A stretch of 63,020 nucleotides of DNA, the filler included. It is 5 parts of 5 records of this genome, joined end to end, with 100 filler letters (N's around TTAATTAATTAA, not from the genome) between each part and the next. Parts side by side here need not be neighbours in the genome. Positions count along the whole stretch, not along the records: positions 8,171 to 21,671 come from SRR31156797_27487; 4 more parts are not named here. One strand, written 5' to 3'. The notes under the pieces were generated by a model. That model was not told the DNA's origin, searched no databases, and saw only the letters and a list, made by a program, of their open reading frames with translations. Each line of letters starts with the position of its first letter. Positions within the stretch are counted from its first letter, which is position 1. Positions 9,290-20,357 of this stretch are shown here, piece after piece. The position numbers and the translations under genes are program-made.

Positions 9290-11935
9290 ATGAAACAACT
9301 TATCATTATACTCTTTGCAGCACTCTTTATAGGAAACTGGTTAAATGCCCAGGTTACAAATAAAGATCCTTTTGAAAAAATGAATCAGGCGTATGAGCTC
9401 AAAATGCAACAGATGGAGGAACAGTATGCACAAAGAATGGAACGCATGCAAAAGGAATATGATGAGAAAATTAAGAGGATGAATAGTGCTTTTGAAAGTT
9501 ATTTGAAAAAAGCTTTTAAACAAGTTGAACAAAAAGAAGAAGTAATTAAACCCATAGAAGTTCCTAAACCTGTTGATCAGCCAATTTTTATTCCTGTTGA
9601 AAAAATAGATCCCACAACAACTCTAACCAAAATACCCGAACCTGTTGCTCCAGAAATTGAAGTTCTTGATGCCCCGGCCCACTCCATATCACCCATTTTT
9701 TCTTTGCCGGAAGAAAGTGATAATTATAAACAAAAATTCGTAGTCGATTTTTTCGGGAGTGAAGCTCAACTTCTTATTGATAAAAGATCTTCTTCATTAT
9801 CTCTGAACAAAATTAATCCGAAAGGCTTCGCACAATATTGGGAAGATTATACCTCAACGTATTACCATGTTTATATTCAATCATTAATCGAATATGCGCA
9901 GCAAAAAAATCTGAATGATTGGGGAATTTATCAAATCATCCACTTATCAGCACAAAAATTATTTACATCCACCAACAACCAAACTCTTTGGGAATGGGCT
10001 ACTTTAAACCAGGCCGGATATCTAGCCAAAATTGGATACATCAACAACGAGCTTTGTTTAATGCTCCCATTTGCACAACAAGTTTTTGAAAAACCCTATT
10101 ATAGCATTTCAGGCATTAATTATTACCTGATGAACAACAAATTGGCTAATAAAAAAATATACACTTACGAAGATAATTTTGGAGGTGCCGCCAAACTAAT
10201 AGATTTAAACCTGCCTTACAGCCTTAACTTTGATAACCCTCAAAATATATTAAGTAAAACCACCTTGCTTCCCAACGAGGCCAGTCCTGTGACTTTAAAA
10301 ATGAATAAAACCATTATTCAGTTTTTAGCCAGTTATCCACAAACCGATAATACGGTATATCTGAATGCAGCTATGTCTGCTTCTGTTAAGCAAGAACTAT
10401 ACGATCATATTAAGCCTAAATTAGAAGGCATGAATGAAATTGAAGCTGTTTCCTATCTGATGAAGTACTTGCACCATTCGTTTGAATACAAAACCGATCG
10501 CGACCAGTTTGCCAAGGAAAAGATGTTTTTCCCTGATGAAATTTTTTATTATCCTTTCTCGGATTGCGAAGACAGAACGGTTTTATTTACACGCCTTGTG
10601 AATGATTTATTGAATTTAGATGTTGTTGCATTAACCTATTTCAGTCACATGGCAGCTGCGGTTTCTTTTTCGCAACCAGTTGACGGCTATAGCTTTTCGG
10701 TATCCGGTCAAAATTATACCATTTGCGATCCCACCTACATTGATGCTCCTGTTGGTGCGGTTATGCCTGAATATGAAAAATACAAACCCCGGGCTATCAA
10801 AATCAACAATAACAATTCTTTGGGAAACATTTGGCAACGGATCAACAAAAGCCTGGAAAATGGTAATGAAGGCAAGATATTTATCAACCAAAGACAACTT
10901 GCTGAAAACGGAACGTACATCGCCTCCGGTTGGTTTACCGATCGAATTGTATTAGGAAACCAAAATTACCAAACTTCTAATGGCACTCGGGATTTATGGT
11001 TTGCCACCTTTAACAACCAGGGAAAAATGGAATGGTTTTTACCTGTTCAATGTAGTAACTATGGCTATACGCAAGCTTTTAATGTGGGTAAAAAAGGGAA
11101 TGTATATGCATTAATAAATTACGCCGGAAATATATCTATTAATCAAAGTAAAATCTGCCAAAGCGAAACTCCTGCTCATCTTATTCTTGGATTATCGAAT
11201 CAATCATATCCTGTTTTAAAAGAAAATTTAGACTTTGAAGTTCCGGAAGGTAAAAAACTGGCATTTTATGGTAAATATCGTGCTGATGGTAGTAAAATAG
11301 ATTTACTTTCATTCCCGACTGACAAAGTGAGGTTTGACTCAAAAATAACGGTGGATTCCAACAACGAAATTGTAGTAAGGGGTATCGTTGGAGAAATTGA
11401 AGGATTAACCAAGGAGGTTCCTATCACCATGTCAACAGCCAATTACAACAGCGAAAACACGCTGGAAAAGTATTTAAAGGAAGTTAATGATTTACAAATC
11501 AATAAACATATGGCCAGTTTGTTTGCTGCCATTAAAACACTATCCTCCAATGGTGGTAGAATTTCCGGGTTAACCGTTCATAACCTAATAAATAAAAACA
11601 ATCCTGATTTCAGAAAAGAGAACCCCGATATTTACAAGGGTTTGTTGAGTATGCAGTTTGTTATTAACAATGGAGGCATTATTAAAGTAGAAACTTATAA
11701 AGAAAAAGATGTATCCTTGTTCTCAATGCGGATCAAAAACAATAGTCACCTCCAAATTATAGAATCTGGGGAAAATGAATTTCAATTGCATTTTTTAAAT
11801 GGAGTAGATGTTGGGAAAGCCATTATTTGGTACAAATTAAATAAACTAACATTGAGTTCAGAAGGAAATATGTTATTTGATTACGACGATGATCACACCC
11901 AGAAAATGGTGAATATTGATGATATTATTAACTAA
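9290..11935 (+). CDS. Secreted protein with coiled coil, transglutaminase/papain-like Cys domain and long C-terminal extension
   Basis: Signal peptide, Q/E/M-rich coiled coil, Pro-rich linker, YPFSDCEDR...SHMAAAV...CDPTY (candidate Cys-His-Asp triad). Confidence 0.7.
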   Translation: MKQLIIILFAALFIGNWLNAQVTNKDPFEKMNQAYELKMQQMEEQYAQRMERMQKEYDEKIKRMNSAFESYLKKAFKQVEQKEEVIKPIEVPKPVDQPIFIPVEKIDPTTTLTKIPEPVAPEIEVLDAPAHSISPIFSLPEESDNYKQKFVVDFFGSEAQLLIDKRSSSLSLNKINPKGFAQYWEDYTSTYYHVYIQSLIEYAQQKNLNDWGIYQIIHLSAQKLFTSTNNQTLWEWATLNQAGYLAKIGYINNELCLMLPFAQQVFEKPYYSISGINYYLMNNKLANKKIYTYEDNFGGAAKLIDLNLPYSLNFDNPQNILSKTTLLPNEASPVTLKMNKTIIQFLASYPQTDNTVYLNAAMSASVKQELYDHIKPKLEGMNEIEAVSYLMKYLHHSFEYKTDRDQFAKEKMFFPDEIFYYPFSDCEDRTVLFTRLVNDLLNLDVVALTYFSHMAAAVSFSQPVDGYSFSVSGQNYTICDPTYIDAPVGAVMPEYEKYKPRAIKINNNNSLGNIWQRINKSLENGNEGKIFINQRQLAENGTYIASGWFTDRIVLGNQNYQTSNGTRDLWFATFNNQGKMEWFLPVQCSNYGYTQAFNVGKKGNVYALINYAGNISINQSKICQSETPAHLILGLSNQSYPVLKENLDFEVPEGKKLAFYGKYRADGSKIDLLSFPTDKVRFDSKITVDSNNEIVVRGIVGEIEGLTKEVPITMSTANYNSENTLEKYLKEVNDLQINKHMASLFAAIKTLSSNGGRISGLTVHNLINKNNPDFRKENPDIYKGLLSMQFVINNGGIIKVETYKEKDVSLFSMRIKNNSHLQIIESGENEFQLHFLNGVDVGKAIIWYKLNKLTLSSEGNMLFDYDDDHTQKMVNIDDIIN

Positions 11936-11966
11936 CTAAAGATGATAAAACAGTCACTGGAAACAG

Positions 11967-12254
11967 ATGGCAATTCAGAACAAACTTTCCAATATGAAGA
12001 AATCATTTCTTATATACCTATATCCATTAATTGGAGTAGTTGCTTTAGCTATTTTAATGTTAAGACCTAATTATTTCAACTTAATACCCTACACTATCTA
12101 TTATGCATTTGGAGTTAGTTCCATGCCTGAATATGAATTCATTGTTTGGTTCGATATAATTTTTCTTGGAATCATGTATTGGCTTATGCTTAGAGTTACA
12201 AGACGATTTATTTTAAGTCGCCAATCTAAAAACTCAAAAGAAAATCAACCATAA
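11967..12254 (+). CDS. Small membrane protein
   Basis: Two hydrophobic segments; directly follows the 881-aa gene; true start may be 11994. Confidence 0.6.
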   Translation: MAIQNKLSNMKKSFLIYLYPLIGVVALAILMLRPNYFNLIPYTIYYAFGVSSMPEYEFIVWFDIIFLGIMYWLMLRVTRRFILSRQSKNSKENQP

Positions 12255-12477
12255 ATTGTACCCATACAGAGTATTCAATCTTACTCTATCCTGAAATAAG
12301 AAGAGCTCTGAGATAAAAGCTATAGATTCGAACAAAAAATGAATAACGATGTTTACATTTCGAGGGATATCATTTTAACATTTTTTAGGATAAGAATTAA
12401 GTTTGAAGAAAGAGAGGCGTAGGCTATCCTAATCTTATTATAATTTGTATTTTAAACATTTCAGCAACTTAAAGACT

Positions 12478-13785
12478 ATGGATTATATTAAACAAAAACT
12501 AATTGAGATAGCACAACCCAAAGCGGAGAAAGTAAAAAAGCTGGTAAAAGAACATGGCGACACAGTGATTCAGGAAATCACTATGGGACAAGTTTTAACC
12601 GGCATGAAAGGAATTGTAGGTTTACTAACCTGTACGTCAAAACTTGATCCGGAAGAAGGTATTCGTTTTAGAGGATATTCGATACCTGAACTAAAAGAAA
12701 AACTTCCAAAAATTCATGATGACGGAGAACCGCTTCCCGAGGGTATATTTTATTTAATGCTCACCGGTGAGCTTCCTACTCCTGAAGATGTTAAACATAT
12801 TAGTGAGCAATGGGCTCAAAGAGGGCAAGGAATTCCTCCACATGTTTATGATGTAATTGAGGCCTTACCTAAGGATGCTCACCCCATGATTCAGTTTAAC
12901 ACAGCTATCCTTGCGATGTCAACTCAATCGCAATTCAGAAAAGCTTACTTAACCGGAATGGATAAAAAAGACTATTGGGATCCAACCTACGAAGGTGTGA
13001 TGGATTTAATTAGTAGACTTCCGATTATTGCTGCATATATATATAGAAGGGTATTTCATAATGGTGATCATATCGAACCAGATCCTAGTTTAGATTGGGC
13101 AGGAAACCTGGCACATATGATGGGATACGACAGTGAAGAAGTAAAACGCTTGATGCGTCTTTACATGCTCATTCATTCAGACCATGAAGGAGGAAATGTA
13201 TCTGCGCATGCCACTCACCTGGTTGGTTCTGCCTTATCGAATCCTTACTATAGTTTTTCAGCGGGTATGAACGGTTTGGCTGGTCCTCTGCACGGCATGG
13301 CTAACCAGGATGTAATGCATTGGCTAAATAAAATGAAGCGTGAGATTGGCTGCGATAATCCAAGTGAAGATCAGATTAAAGCTTACGCTGAAGAAACCTT
13401 AAGTAAAGGACGTGTAATACCTGGCTACGGTCATGCTGTATTAAGAAAAACAGACCCACGTTTTACCGTTCAAATGGAATTTGCCAATAAATACATCCCA
13501 GATGAACCATATATTCAGTTGGTAAGAAAGATATATAATGTGGTACCCGATGTGTTATTAGCCACTGGCAAAGTCAAAAATCCATGGCCTAATGTAGATG
13601 CTATTTCCGGTTCTCTTTTGACAAGCTATGGCATAAAGGAATATCCAATTTACACAGTGCTATTTGGTGTTTCAAGAGCATTAGGCGTTTTAACACAACT
13701 CATTTGGGACAGATTATATGGTCTTCCTATTGAACGTCCAAAATCGCAAAACCTGCAATGGTTTTTAGATAAAGCAGACTTATAA
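12478..13785 (+). CDS. gltA: Citrate (Si)-synthase, eukaryote/mitochondrial-like type
   Basis: GIRFRGYSIPE, DHEGGNVSAH, GLAGPLHG, PGYGHAVLRKTDPR, NPWPNVDA, LPIERPKS; ATG 12478 preferred over TTG 12445. Confidence 0.93.
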   Translation: MDYIKQKLIEIAQPKAEKVKKLVKEHGDTVIQEITMGQVLTGMKGIVGLLTCTSKLDPEEGIRFRGYSIPELKEKLPKIHDDGEPLPEGIFYLMLTGELPTPEDVKHISEQWAQRGQGIPPHVYDVIEALPKDAHPMIQFNTAILAMSTQSQFRKAYLTGMDKKDYWDPTYEGVMDLISRLPIIAAYIYRRVFHNGDHIEPDPSLDWAGNLAHMMGYDSEEVKRLMRLYMLIHSDHEGGNVSAHATHLVGSALSNPYYSFSAGMNGLAGPLHGMANQDVMHWLNKMKREIGCDNPSEDQIKAYAEETLSKGRVIPGYGHAVLRKTDPRFTVQMEFANKYIPDEPYIQLVRKIYNVVPDVLLATGKVKNPWPNVDAISGSLLTSYGIKEYPIYTVLFGVSRALGVLTQLIWDRLYGLPIERPKSQNLQWFLDKADL

Positions 13786-13810
13786 TATTTAAATTACCAT
13801 ACACTTTTCT

Positions 13811-13849
13811 TCATGCGAATTATAAATCATAGTTCGCATGATTTTTTTT
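13811..13849 (+). terminator. Rho-independent terminator
   Basis: TCATGCGAATTAT...ATAGTTCGCATGA followed by T8. Confidence 0.75.
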
Positions 13850-13908
13850 GTCCTTTTTTACAGAATCCCCTGCTATAATTAAGACATTTTGCTAATTTAG
13901 CTGCACTT

Positions 13909-16900
13909 ATGAATCTACATCATTTCAATTGGTTCACTAAGGGCAAAATGCGGGTTCTGCTTCTAATACTAACCTTTAGCTTTTGCTCATTTTCAGCATA
14001 TTGTTTAACAAGTGCTGAAAAAGATGTAAGCATTACCACCTTCACCATCCACGATGGTCTTTCTGGTAATGGGATTACTTCTATTTTCCAGGATAGCAAA
14101 GGATTTATTTGGGTAGGAACAGAGGACGGATTAAACCGATATGATGGTTACTCTTTTAAATTATATCGTCATAATTTACAAGACTCAACTTCTATTTCAG
14201 GAAATCACGTTCGTTGTATTCAGGAAGATAAAGATGGGAATTTATGGATTGGCACCATTGGCGCAGGCTTAAATAAATGGGATCGTGAAACTGATGCTTT
14301 CATTAACTATAGTAGTAAATCTTCTAAACAAAATGCGCTACCCGAAGATAATATTTACAGTATAGCATTCGAATCAGACTCTTCGTTTTGGGTAAAAACA
14401 GACAATTACCTTTTAAAAATATACACCTCTCCTATTGCTCGTGAAGTCTACGGATTATACAGCAATATCTTTAAATATCAAGACAATATTAAAGTTCCCA
14501 TTTTTCATAAATCAAATTCGCATTTATGGATTGGAACGAAAGAAGGTATTGCCCAGTTTAACACCAACGAAAAACTTTACGAACGACTTATTGTAGATCA
14601 TCGATACAACTTATTTTCTAATGACTTAGGTGCTATTGCAGATATCATTCAGCTTGCACCAAACAAATATCTGCTTGGTGGAAATCAAGGCTTGTATTCT
14701 CTTACCGAAAATGACAGCAGTTCGTTTACAACAGAAAAAGTAATCGGTTTGAGCAGAAAAGAAAGCAGTATCTATGCTCTTTTACAACATAGCTCAGGAG
14801 CCATTTGGGCAGGAACAAAAGAGGGATTAAGATTACTGAATTACAACAAAGACAACAACCAAATTTCATATGATCCTCAAAATATCTTCAATAAGGAAAA
14901 TAGTCTAATATCAAAAGATGACATTACCTATCTATTTGAAGACAATTCAGGTTTACTCTGGGTAGGTACAAAATACAGAGGTTTATTGAAGCTCGACTTT
15001 AAACCTCAAAAATTCAAATCGATAAAAGCAGGAGATGAAGGTTATTATGGATTAAACACATCAGATTACCGAAGCATTATTATTGATAAAAACAGACGAA
15101 TATGGTTAGGTACTGCCGATAAAGGAATTAAGATAATTGACACAAAGATGAATTACGTTTACAGTTATGCAGTGAACAAATCTTTGTATAATTCCGGAGA
15201 AGATATTGTGCTTGCTTTATGCGAGGATAGTAAAAACAGAATTTGGATTGGCACCAATAATGGAATCTATATTTTTCATCTGGATAGAGGAACGATTAGC
15301 GAATTCTCATACACTTACAACAAAGAAGTGAAATCCTTATTAAAAACAAATCGAATCAACAGCATTGAGGAAGATTTGCAAGGTAACATCTGGTTTGGAA
15401 CCCAGTTTGGATTATATTGCTTCAATGGAACAAGTATCACCAACTATTTTGCAGACAAAAACAGCAACGAAGGTATTTGCAGTGATGAAATCAATAATCT
15501 CTTTTTAGATTCTGAAGGAATACTCTGGATAGGAACCAACGATGGTGTAAATTTTATAGACACCAAAAGCGATACACTAAGAGAGTTTGGTCATTTAAGA
15601 AATAGTAACGATAGCATATCTGTTTTAAGTAACAATTTCATCCTATCTATTACCGAAGATGACAAACAACGAATTTGGTTTGGAACCCGCTCCGGCTTAA
15701 GTTATTACAGCAAAAAAGAAGATAAATCAGGATTTTATACACATTCCAGTGGATTAGCCAACGATATGATTTATGGTGTTGTATGCGATAACAACGGAGG
15801 TGTATGGTTAAGTACAAACAAAGGAATTTCTCTTATTAAAAACAAAGATGAAATATACAACTTTGATATAGCTGACGGTTTACCCGGATACGTATTTAAC
15901 CGTGGAGCTGTGGAGAAATCAGAGAATGGATATTGTTATTTTGCAGGAGTAGAAGGATTGGCTTTTATTCATCCAGATTCAGTACATTATAATCTACACC
16001 GTCCTAAAGTTGAGTTTACTACAATTGAATTGTACCATAGAGGTAAACTAATTGAGCGATTTAAGCCTGATCAAAAAAATATTCGTTTAAAATACAGAAA
16101 GAGTTCCATGCTTAAAGTAAAATATGCGGCATTGGAATTCTCAGAACCTCATAAAAATAAGTTTCAGGTATACCTGGAGGGATTTGACGACGAATGGCAA
16201 GCTGTTACTTTGGAAAATGAAATTAACATTTCTGACTTACCTGACGGAGATTTCGTATTACATGTAAAAGGAGCCAACAACGATCAGATATGGAGTAACG
16301 AAGCAGCCCAATTAAACATTCGAATTATTCCACCGATATGGATGTCGAATTATGCTTATGCTTTCTATCTGATAGCTTTAATATTCCTGATTCAGTCTAT
16401 TATTAACTATCGCATAAGACACTACAAATCAGCTTATAAATCGCTAGAAGAAAAAGCCGTTGATAAAAAACGCATAGAAGCCCAAAAAGAACTATTGTCA
16501 AAAATCAACCAAAGCCTAACAGACAGTATCTATTATGCTAAAAGAATACAGGAATCCATTCTTCCAACAGAGCAAAAAATAAAACAAACACTACCCGAAT
16601 CATTTGTTTACTTTAGACCTAAAGACTTGGTTAGCGGTGATTTTTATTGGATGCACGAAGTAGATGGAAAAATATTTGTTGCCGCTGTGGATTGTACCGG
16701 GCATGGCGTTCCTGGAGCATTTATGTCTATCATTGCTTACGATATGCTTAAATGGATCATTAACAGTAGCATTGAGTACTGTCCTGCAAAGATACTAGAC
16801 AAACTCAACAAAGAAGTAATTGCCACATTTAAGAAGAATGTTGACTTTGACCAACAGAGTAGCACCAATGTTAATGATGGAATGGACATTGCACTCTGCA

Positions 16901-17286
16901 TGATTGATAAAAAGCAGAAAAAGTTATCTTTTGCCGGAGCATACAACCCATTATATATGGTACGTGGCAATGAAATATTCGTATACAAAGGAGATCGCTT
17001 CCCTATTGGTTTCCAAGGCGATAAAGAAATGCTTTTCTCAAAACGCGAAATTGCCATGGAAGAAAATGATACCTTTTATATTTTTTCTGATGGTTATGCC
17101 GACCAGTTTGGTGGAACTGAAGGCAAAAAGTTTAAATACAGAAGATTCAGACATTTACTATTGAATATCCATAAACTTCCTGCTGAAGATCAAAAAGCTA
17201 TTCTTCATCAAAAAATTGAAGAATGGATGGGTGATCTCGAGCAAGTTGATGATATTATTGTAATGGGTATGAAACCATTAAAATAA
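13909..17286 (+). CDS. Membrane sensor: two-component-regulator beta-propeller + Y_Y_Y domain + TM + SpoIIE/PP2C phosphatase
   Basis: Repeated EDxxGxxWxGT blades, then YAKRIQESILP, VSGDFYW, DCTGHGVPGA, DGMD, SDGYADQFGG, QVDDI. Confidence 0.9.
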   Translation: MNLHHFNWFTKGKMRVLLLILTFSFCSFSAYCLTSAEKDVSITTFTIHDGLSGNGITSIFQDSKGFIWVGTEDGLNRYDGYSFKLYRHNLQDSTSISGNHVRCIQEDKDGNLWIGTIGAGLNKWDRETDAFINYSSKSSKQNALPEDNIYSIAFESDSSFWVKTDNYLLKIYTSPIAREVYGLYSNIFKYQDNIKVPIFHKSNSHLWIGTKEGIAQFNTNEKLYERLIVDHRYNLFSNDLGAIADIIQLAPNKYLLGGNQGLYSLTENDSSSFTTEKVIGLSRKESSIYALLQHSSGAIWAGTKEGLRLLNYNKDNNQISYDPQNIFNKENSLISKDDITYLFEDNSGLLWVGTKYRGLLKLDFKPQKFKSIKAGDEGYYGLNTSDYRSIIIDKNRRIWLGTADKGIKIIDTKMNYVYSYAVNKSLYNSGEDIVLALCEDSKNRIWIGTNNGIYIFHLDRGTISEFSYTYNKEVKSLLKTNRINSIEEDLQGNIWFGTQFGLYCFNGTSITNYFADKNSNEGICSDEINNLFLDSEGILWIGTNDGVNFIDTKSDTLREFGHLRNSNDSISVLSNNFILSITEDDKQRIWFGTRSGLSYYSKKEDKSGFYTHSSGLANDMIYGVVCDNNGGVWLSTNKGISLIKNKDEIYNFDIADGLPGYVFNRGAVEKSENGYCYFAGVEGLAFIHPDSVHYNLHRPKVEFTTIELYHRGKLIERFKPDQKNIRLKYRKSSMLKVKYAALEFSEPHKNKFQVYLEGFDDEWQAVTLENEINISDLPDGDFVLHVKGANNDQIWSNEAAQLNIRIIPPIWMSNYAYAFYLIALIFLIQSIINYRIRHYKSAYKSLEEKAVDKKRIEAQKELLSKINQSLTDSIYYAKRIQESILPTEQKIKQTLPESFVYFRPKDLVSGDFYWMHEVDGKIFVAAVDCTGHGVPGAFMSIIAYDMLKWIINSSIEYCPAKILDKLNKEVIATFKKNVDFDQQSSTNVNDGMDIALCMIDKKQKKLSFAGAYNPLYMVRGNEIFVYKGDRFPIGFQGDKEMLFSKREIAMEENDTFYIFSDGYADQFGGTEGKKFKYRRFRHLLLNIHKLPAEDQKAILHQKIEEWMGDLEQVDDIIVMGMKPLK

Positions 17287-17298
17287 GAAACGAGACTA

Positions 17299-20226
17299 TT
17301 ACAACAGGGCGTCAAACAAAATCTCTACCGGATGTTGTACATCTCGCTTAGCTCCTTCTTTTATTTGATGCCTGCACGACGTTCCTGAAGCTGCCAATAA
17401 GGTTTCCTGATCTGTTTCTCTTACTGCAGGCAATAATTTCATTTCTGCAATTTTCATCGAAACCGCATAGTTATTTTTCTCATAACCAAATGAGCCTGCC
17501 ATTCCACAGCATCCCGAATCAATTTCTTCTGCTTCGTAATTTTCCGGGAAAGACAACACCTGCTTAATGTATTTAGTATTAGACAATGCTTTTTGATAAC
17601 AATGCCCATGAAACTTTACCTTTTGGGGCACTGCAGTAAACTGATCTTTACGAATGCGACCTTTATTCATTTCATTGGCCAGAAACTCTTCAATAGTAAA
17701 AGTGCATTTCCTTATTTTTTCAGCTTCTTGCTTTAAATCCTCTTTCGCTAAACTCACATACTCATCACGTAAAGTCAGCACTGCCGATGGCTCTATGCCA
17801 ACAATAGGACTTAATGATGATACCATTGGAGCCAGCAATTCAATATTTCTATTCACTACTTTACGAGCTTTCTTCAATAAGCCTTTAGAAATATATGTTC
17901 TTCCACTACTATTATGAGAAGGGATCACTACCCTGTACCCCAATTTTTCCAGCAAAAGAATGGATTTGATACCAATATCACTATCCAGGTAATTGGTAAA
18001 CTCATCTGCAAAAAAGTAAACTGTTTTCTGTTTAGCAACCGACTTCGAATGCCATCTGTACCATGTTTTTAATGATCGGTTTTTCATAGTCGGAATCTCC
18101 CGCTTTGTACTAAAACCCATCATTTTTAGAATCACCTTATTTAAACCTGGTGTTTTAACTCCCAAATTATATAACCAGGGAAATACCGAAAACAGACTAT
18201 GTATTGAGGGCGTATATCCAACCATTAAAGCAGAAAGAGGTGTACCTTTTTGAACGTAATAATACTGTAAAAACTCCGTCTTAAGCTTTGCCACATCAAC
18301 ACCTGAAGGACACTCCGATTTACAAGCTTTACATGATAAACAGAGACTTAACACTTCATACACATCCTCTAAAAACAGCTTTTCGGAGTCTAGTGTTCCT
18401 GTAAAATACTCACGTAATATATTCGCCCGGCCACGTGTTGAATGTTTTTCATCTTTTGTAGCCATATAACTGGGACACATAGTACCTCCAATCACTTCCG
18501 ACTTTAAACAATCTCCCGAACCAGAACACTTTTCGCTTGCTCTAACAATCCCTAAAGTATCTTCCCAATTGAATACCGTTTTGAATTGCTTCAAGGGATT
18601 GGCGATCCGATACCTCAAAGAGGTGTTCATTTGAGGGGTATTCACGATCTTATCCGGATTTAACAAACCTTCAGGATCGAATACCTTTTTCACCCGCAAC
18701 ATTAGTTTGTAATTTAAATCACCAACCATCAGCGGAATAAATTCTCCTCTTAACCTACCATCACCATGTTCTCCACTTAAAGAACCGTCATAGCTCTTGA
18801 CAATATGCGCTGTTTCACGGGCTATTTTTCTAAACAAGAGCACATCCTGTTGATCCTTTAAATTCAAAACCGGACGCAAATGTAATTCCCCGCTTCCTAC
18901 GTGCGCATAAAAAACACAATCCTTACCATAAGCACCTAACAAATCCTTAATATCCTCCGCAAATGCAGGTAAGTCAACAGGTCGTAATGCAGTATCTTCT
19001 ATAACAGCAACCGGATGTTTATCACCTTTCATATTTGAAAGAACACCTAAACCGGCCTTTCGTAAAGCCCATACTCTTTTTATTTGCTCTCCTACAACCA
19101 CCGGATAAGCATATCCCAATTCCTTTTCCTTGAAATCGCTTATTAAAGCATCAACTTGTTTATTTAATTCATCCTTCGAAGAAGAAGCAAACTCAATAAC
19201 CAATAAAGCAGCAGGTCTACCCTCTATAAAGAAACGGTTACTTTGCTGCGCTGCACTTTGCCCGGCTAAATCTAAAATTTTATCATCAATAAGCTCCACC
19301 GCTCTTGGTGCATGCTTTAAAGCTTCGATATTGGCCTCCAGAGATTCCTGTAAGCTATTAAAATGAACACAAATTAAGGCTTGCTCTTTAGGTGGAATAT
19401 CCTCCAGATTAAGTTTCACCTTATTTGCGACCATTAAAGTACCTTCCGATCCTGCAATCATTTTGCACATATTAAATGGCTTTCCTTCTTTTACAAAAGG
19501 CACCATTTCAGCCAGGATATCCAGGGCATATCCAGTATTTCTGCGATGTATTTCTTTATGAGGATATTCCTTTTCAATTTCGGCAAGATGCTCTGGCTTG
19601 GATAATATATCCTTTATTTCGCGATATATTTCCCCTTCTAAACCTTCCTGTTGGCACTTTTTATCAAATTCCCAATTCTGAATTTCTTTAAATACAACAC
19701 TCTCTCCATTTGCCAGATATCCATGTACCTCCAATAAATTATCACGGGTACTTCCATAAATCAAAGAGTGAGAACCACAAGAGTTATTACCTACCATACC
19801 TCCCAAAGTACAACGATTTGACGTGGAGGTTTCCGGTCCAAAAAATAATCCATGAGGTGCCAGATATTGGTTTAATTCGTCCAATACCACACCTGGCTCT
19901 ACCATTACCCATTTCTCTTCCACATTGAGTTCAACAATCCGGCTCATGTATTTAGACATATTTAAAACCAGACCACTGCCCACAACCTGACCAGCTAAAG
20001 ATGTACCAGCTCCACGCGGGATAAGCTCAATCTTATGCTTATAAGCAAAGTCGATGATCATATGAAGATCGGAATCATCTTTTGGCCATACTACCCCAAT
20101 TGGCTTTTCGCGATAAGCAGAAGCATCGGTAGCATGTTGAGCACGATCGAGATCTCTAAACGAAACTTCACCTTTTAAAAGTGTAGATAATTGATTAAGA
20201 GAAGATGGATAATCAGGAATATTCAT
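17299..20226 (-). CDS. FAD-binding and Fe-S-binding oxidoreductase (YdiJ/GlcD-like, with CCG domains)
   Basis: RGAGTSLAGQ, TLGGMVGNNSCG, SGEHGDGRLR, CLSCKACKSECP, GCCGMAGSFGYE, GTSCRHQI. Confidence 0.9.
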   Translation of the reverse strand: MNIPDYPSSLNQLSTLLKGEVSFRDLDRAQHATDASAYREKPIGVVWPKDDSDLHMIIDFAYKHKIELIPRGAGTSLAGQVVGSGLVLNMSKYMSRIVELNVEEKWVMVEPGVVLDELNQYLAPHGLFFGPETSTSNRCTLGGMVGNNSCGSHSLIYGSTRDNLLEVHGYLANGESVVFKEIQNWEFDKKCQQEGLEGEIYREIKDILSKPEHLAEIEKEYPHKEIHRRNTGYALDILAEMVPFVKEGKPFNMCKMIAGSEGTLMVANKVKLNLEDIPPKEQALICVHFNSLQESLEANIEALKHAPRAVELIDDKILDLAGQSAAQQSNRFFIEGRPAALLVIEFASSSKDELNKQVDALISDFKEKELGYAYPVVVGEQIKRVWALRKAGLGVLSNMKGDKHPVAVIEDTALRPVDLPAFAEDIKDLLGAYGKDCVFYAHVGSGELHLRPVLNLKDQQDVLLFRKIARETAHIVKSYDGSLSGEHGDGRLRGEFIPLMVGDLNYKLMLRVKKVFDPEGLLNPDKIVNTPQMNTSLRYRIANPLKQFKTVFNWEDTLGIVRASEKCSGSGDCLKSEVIGGTMCPSYMATKDEKHSTRGRANILREYFTGTLDSEKLFLEDVYEVLSLCLSCKACKSECPSGVDVAKLKTEFLQYYYVQKGTPLSALMVGYTPSIHSLFSVFPWLYNLGVKTPGLNKVILKMMGFSTKREIPTMKNRSLKTWYRWHSKSVAKQKTVYFFADEFTNYLDSDIGIKSILLLEKLGYRVVIPSHNSSGRTYISKGLLKKARKVVNRNIELLAPMVSSLSPIVGIEPSAVLTLRDEYVSLAKEDLKQEAEKIRKCTFTIEEFLANEMNKGRIRKDQFTAVPQKVKFHGHCYQKALSNTKYIKQVLSFPENYEAEEIDSGCCGMAGSFGYEKNNYAVSMKIAEMKLLPAVRETDQETLLAASGTSCRHQIKEGAKRDVQHPVEILFDALL

Positions 20227-20357
20227 GAATTATATATTTCCCGTAAAAATAGGAAAAATGTTGATATGGTTTTATCCCACTACCTACTTGTTCTTATCTT
20301 TTCAGCAGGCAGCCTTATTCATTGTCAGAGCCATGTAGTTCAACCACGAAGAGAACA

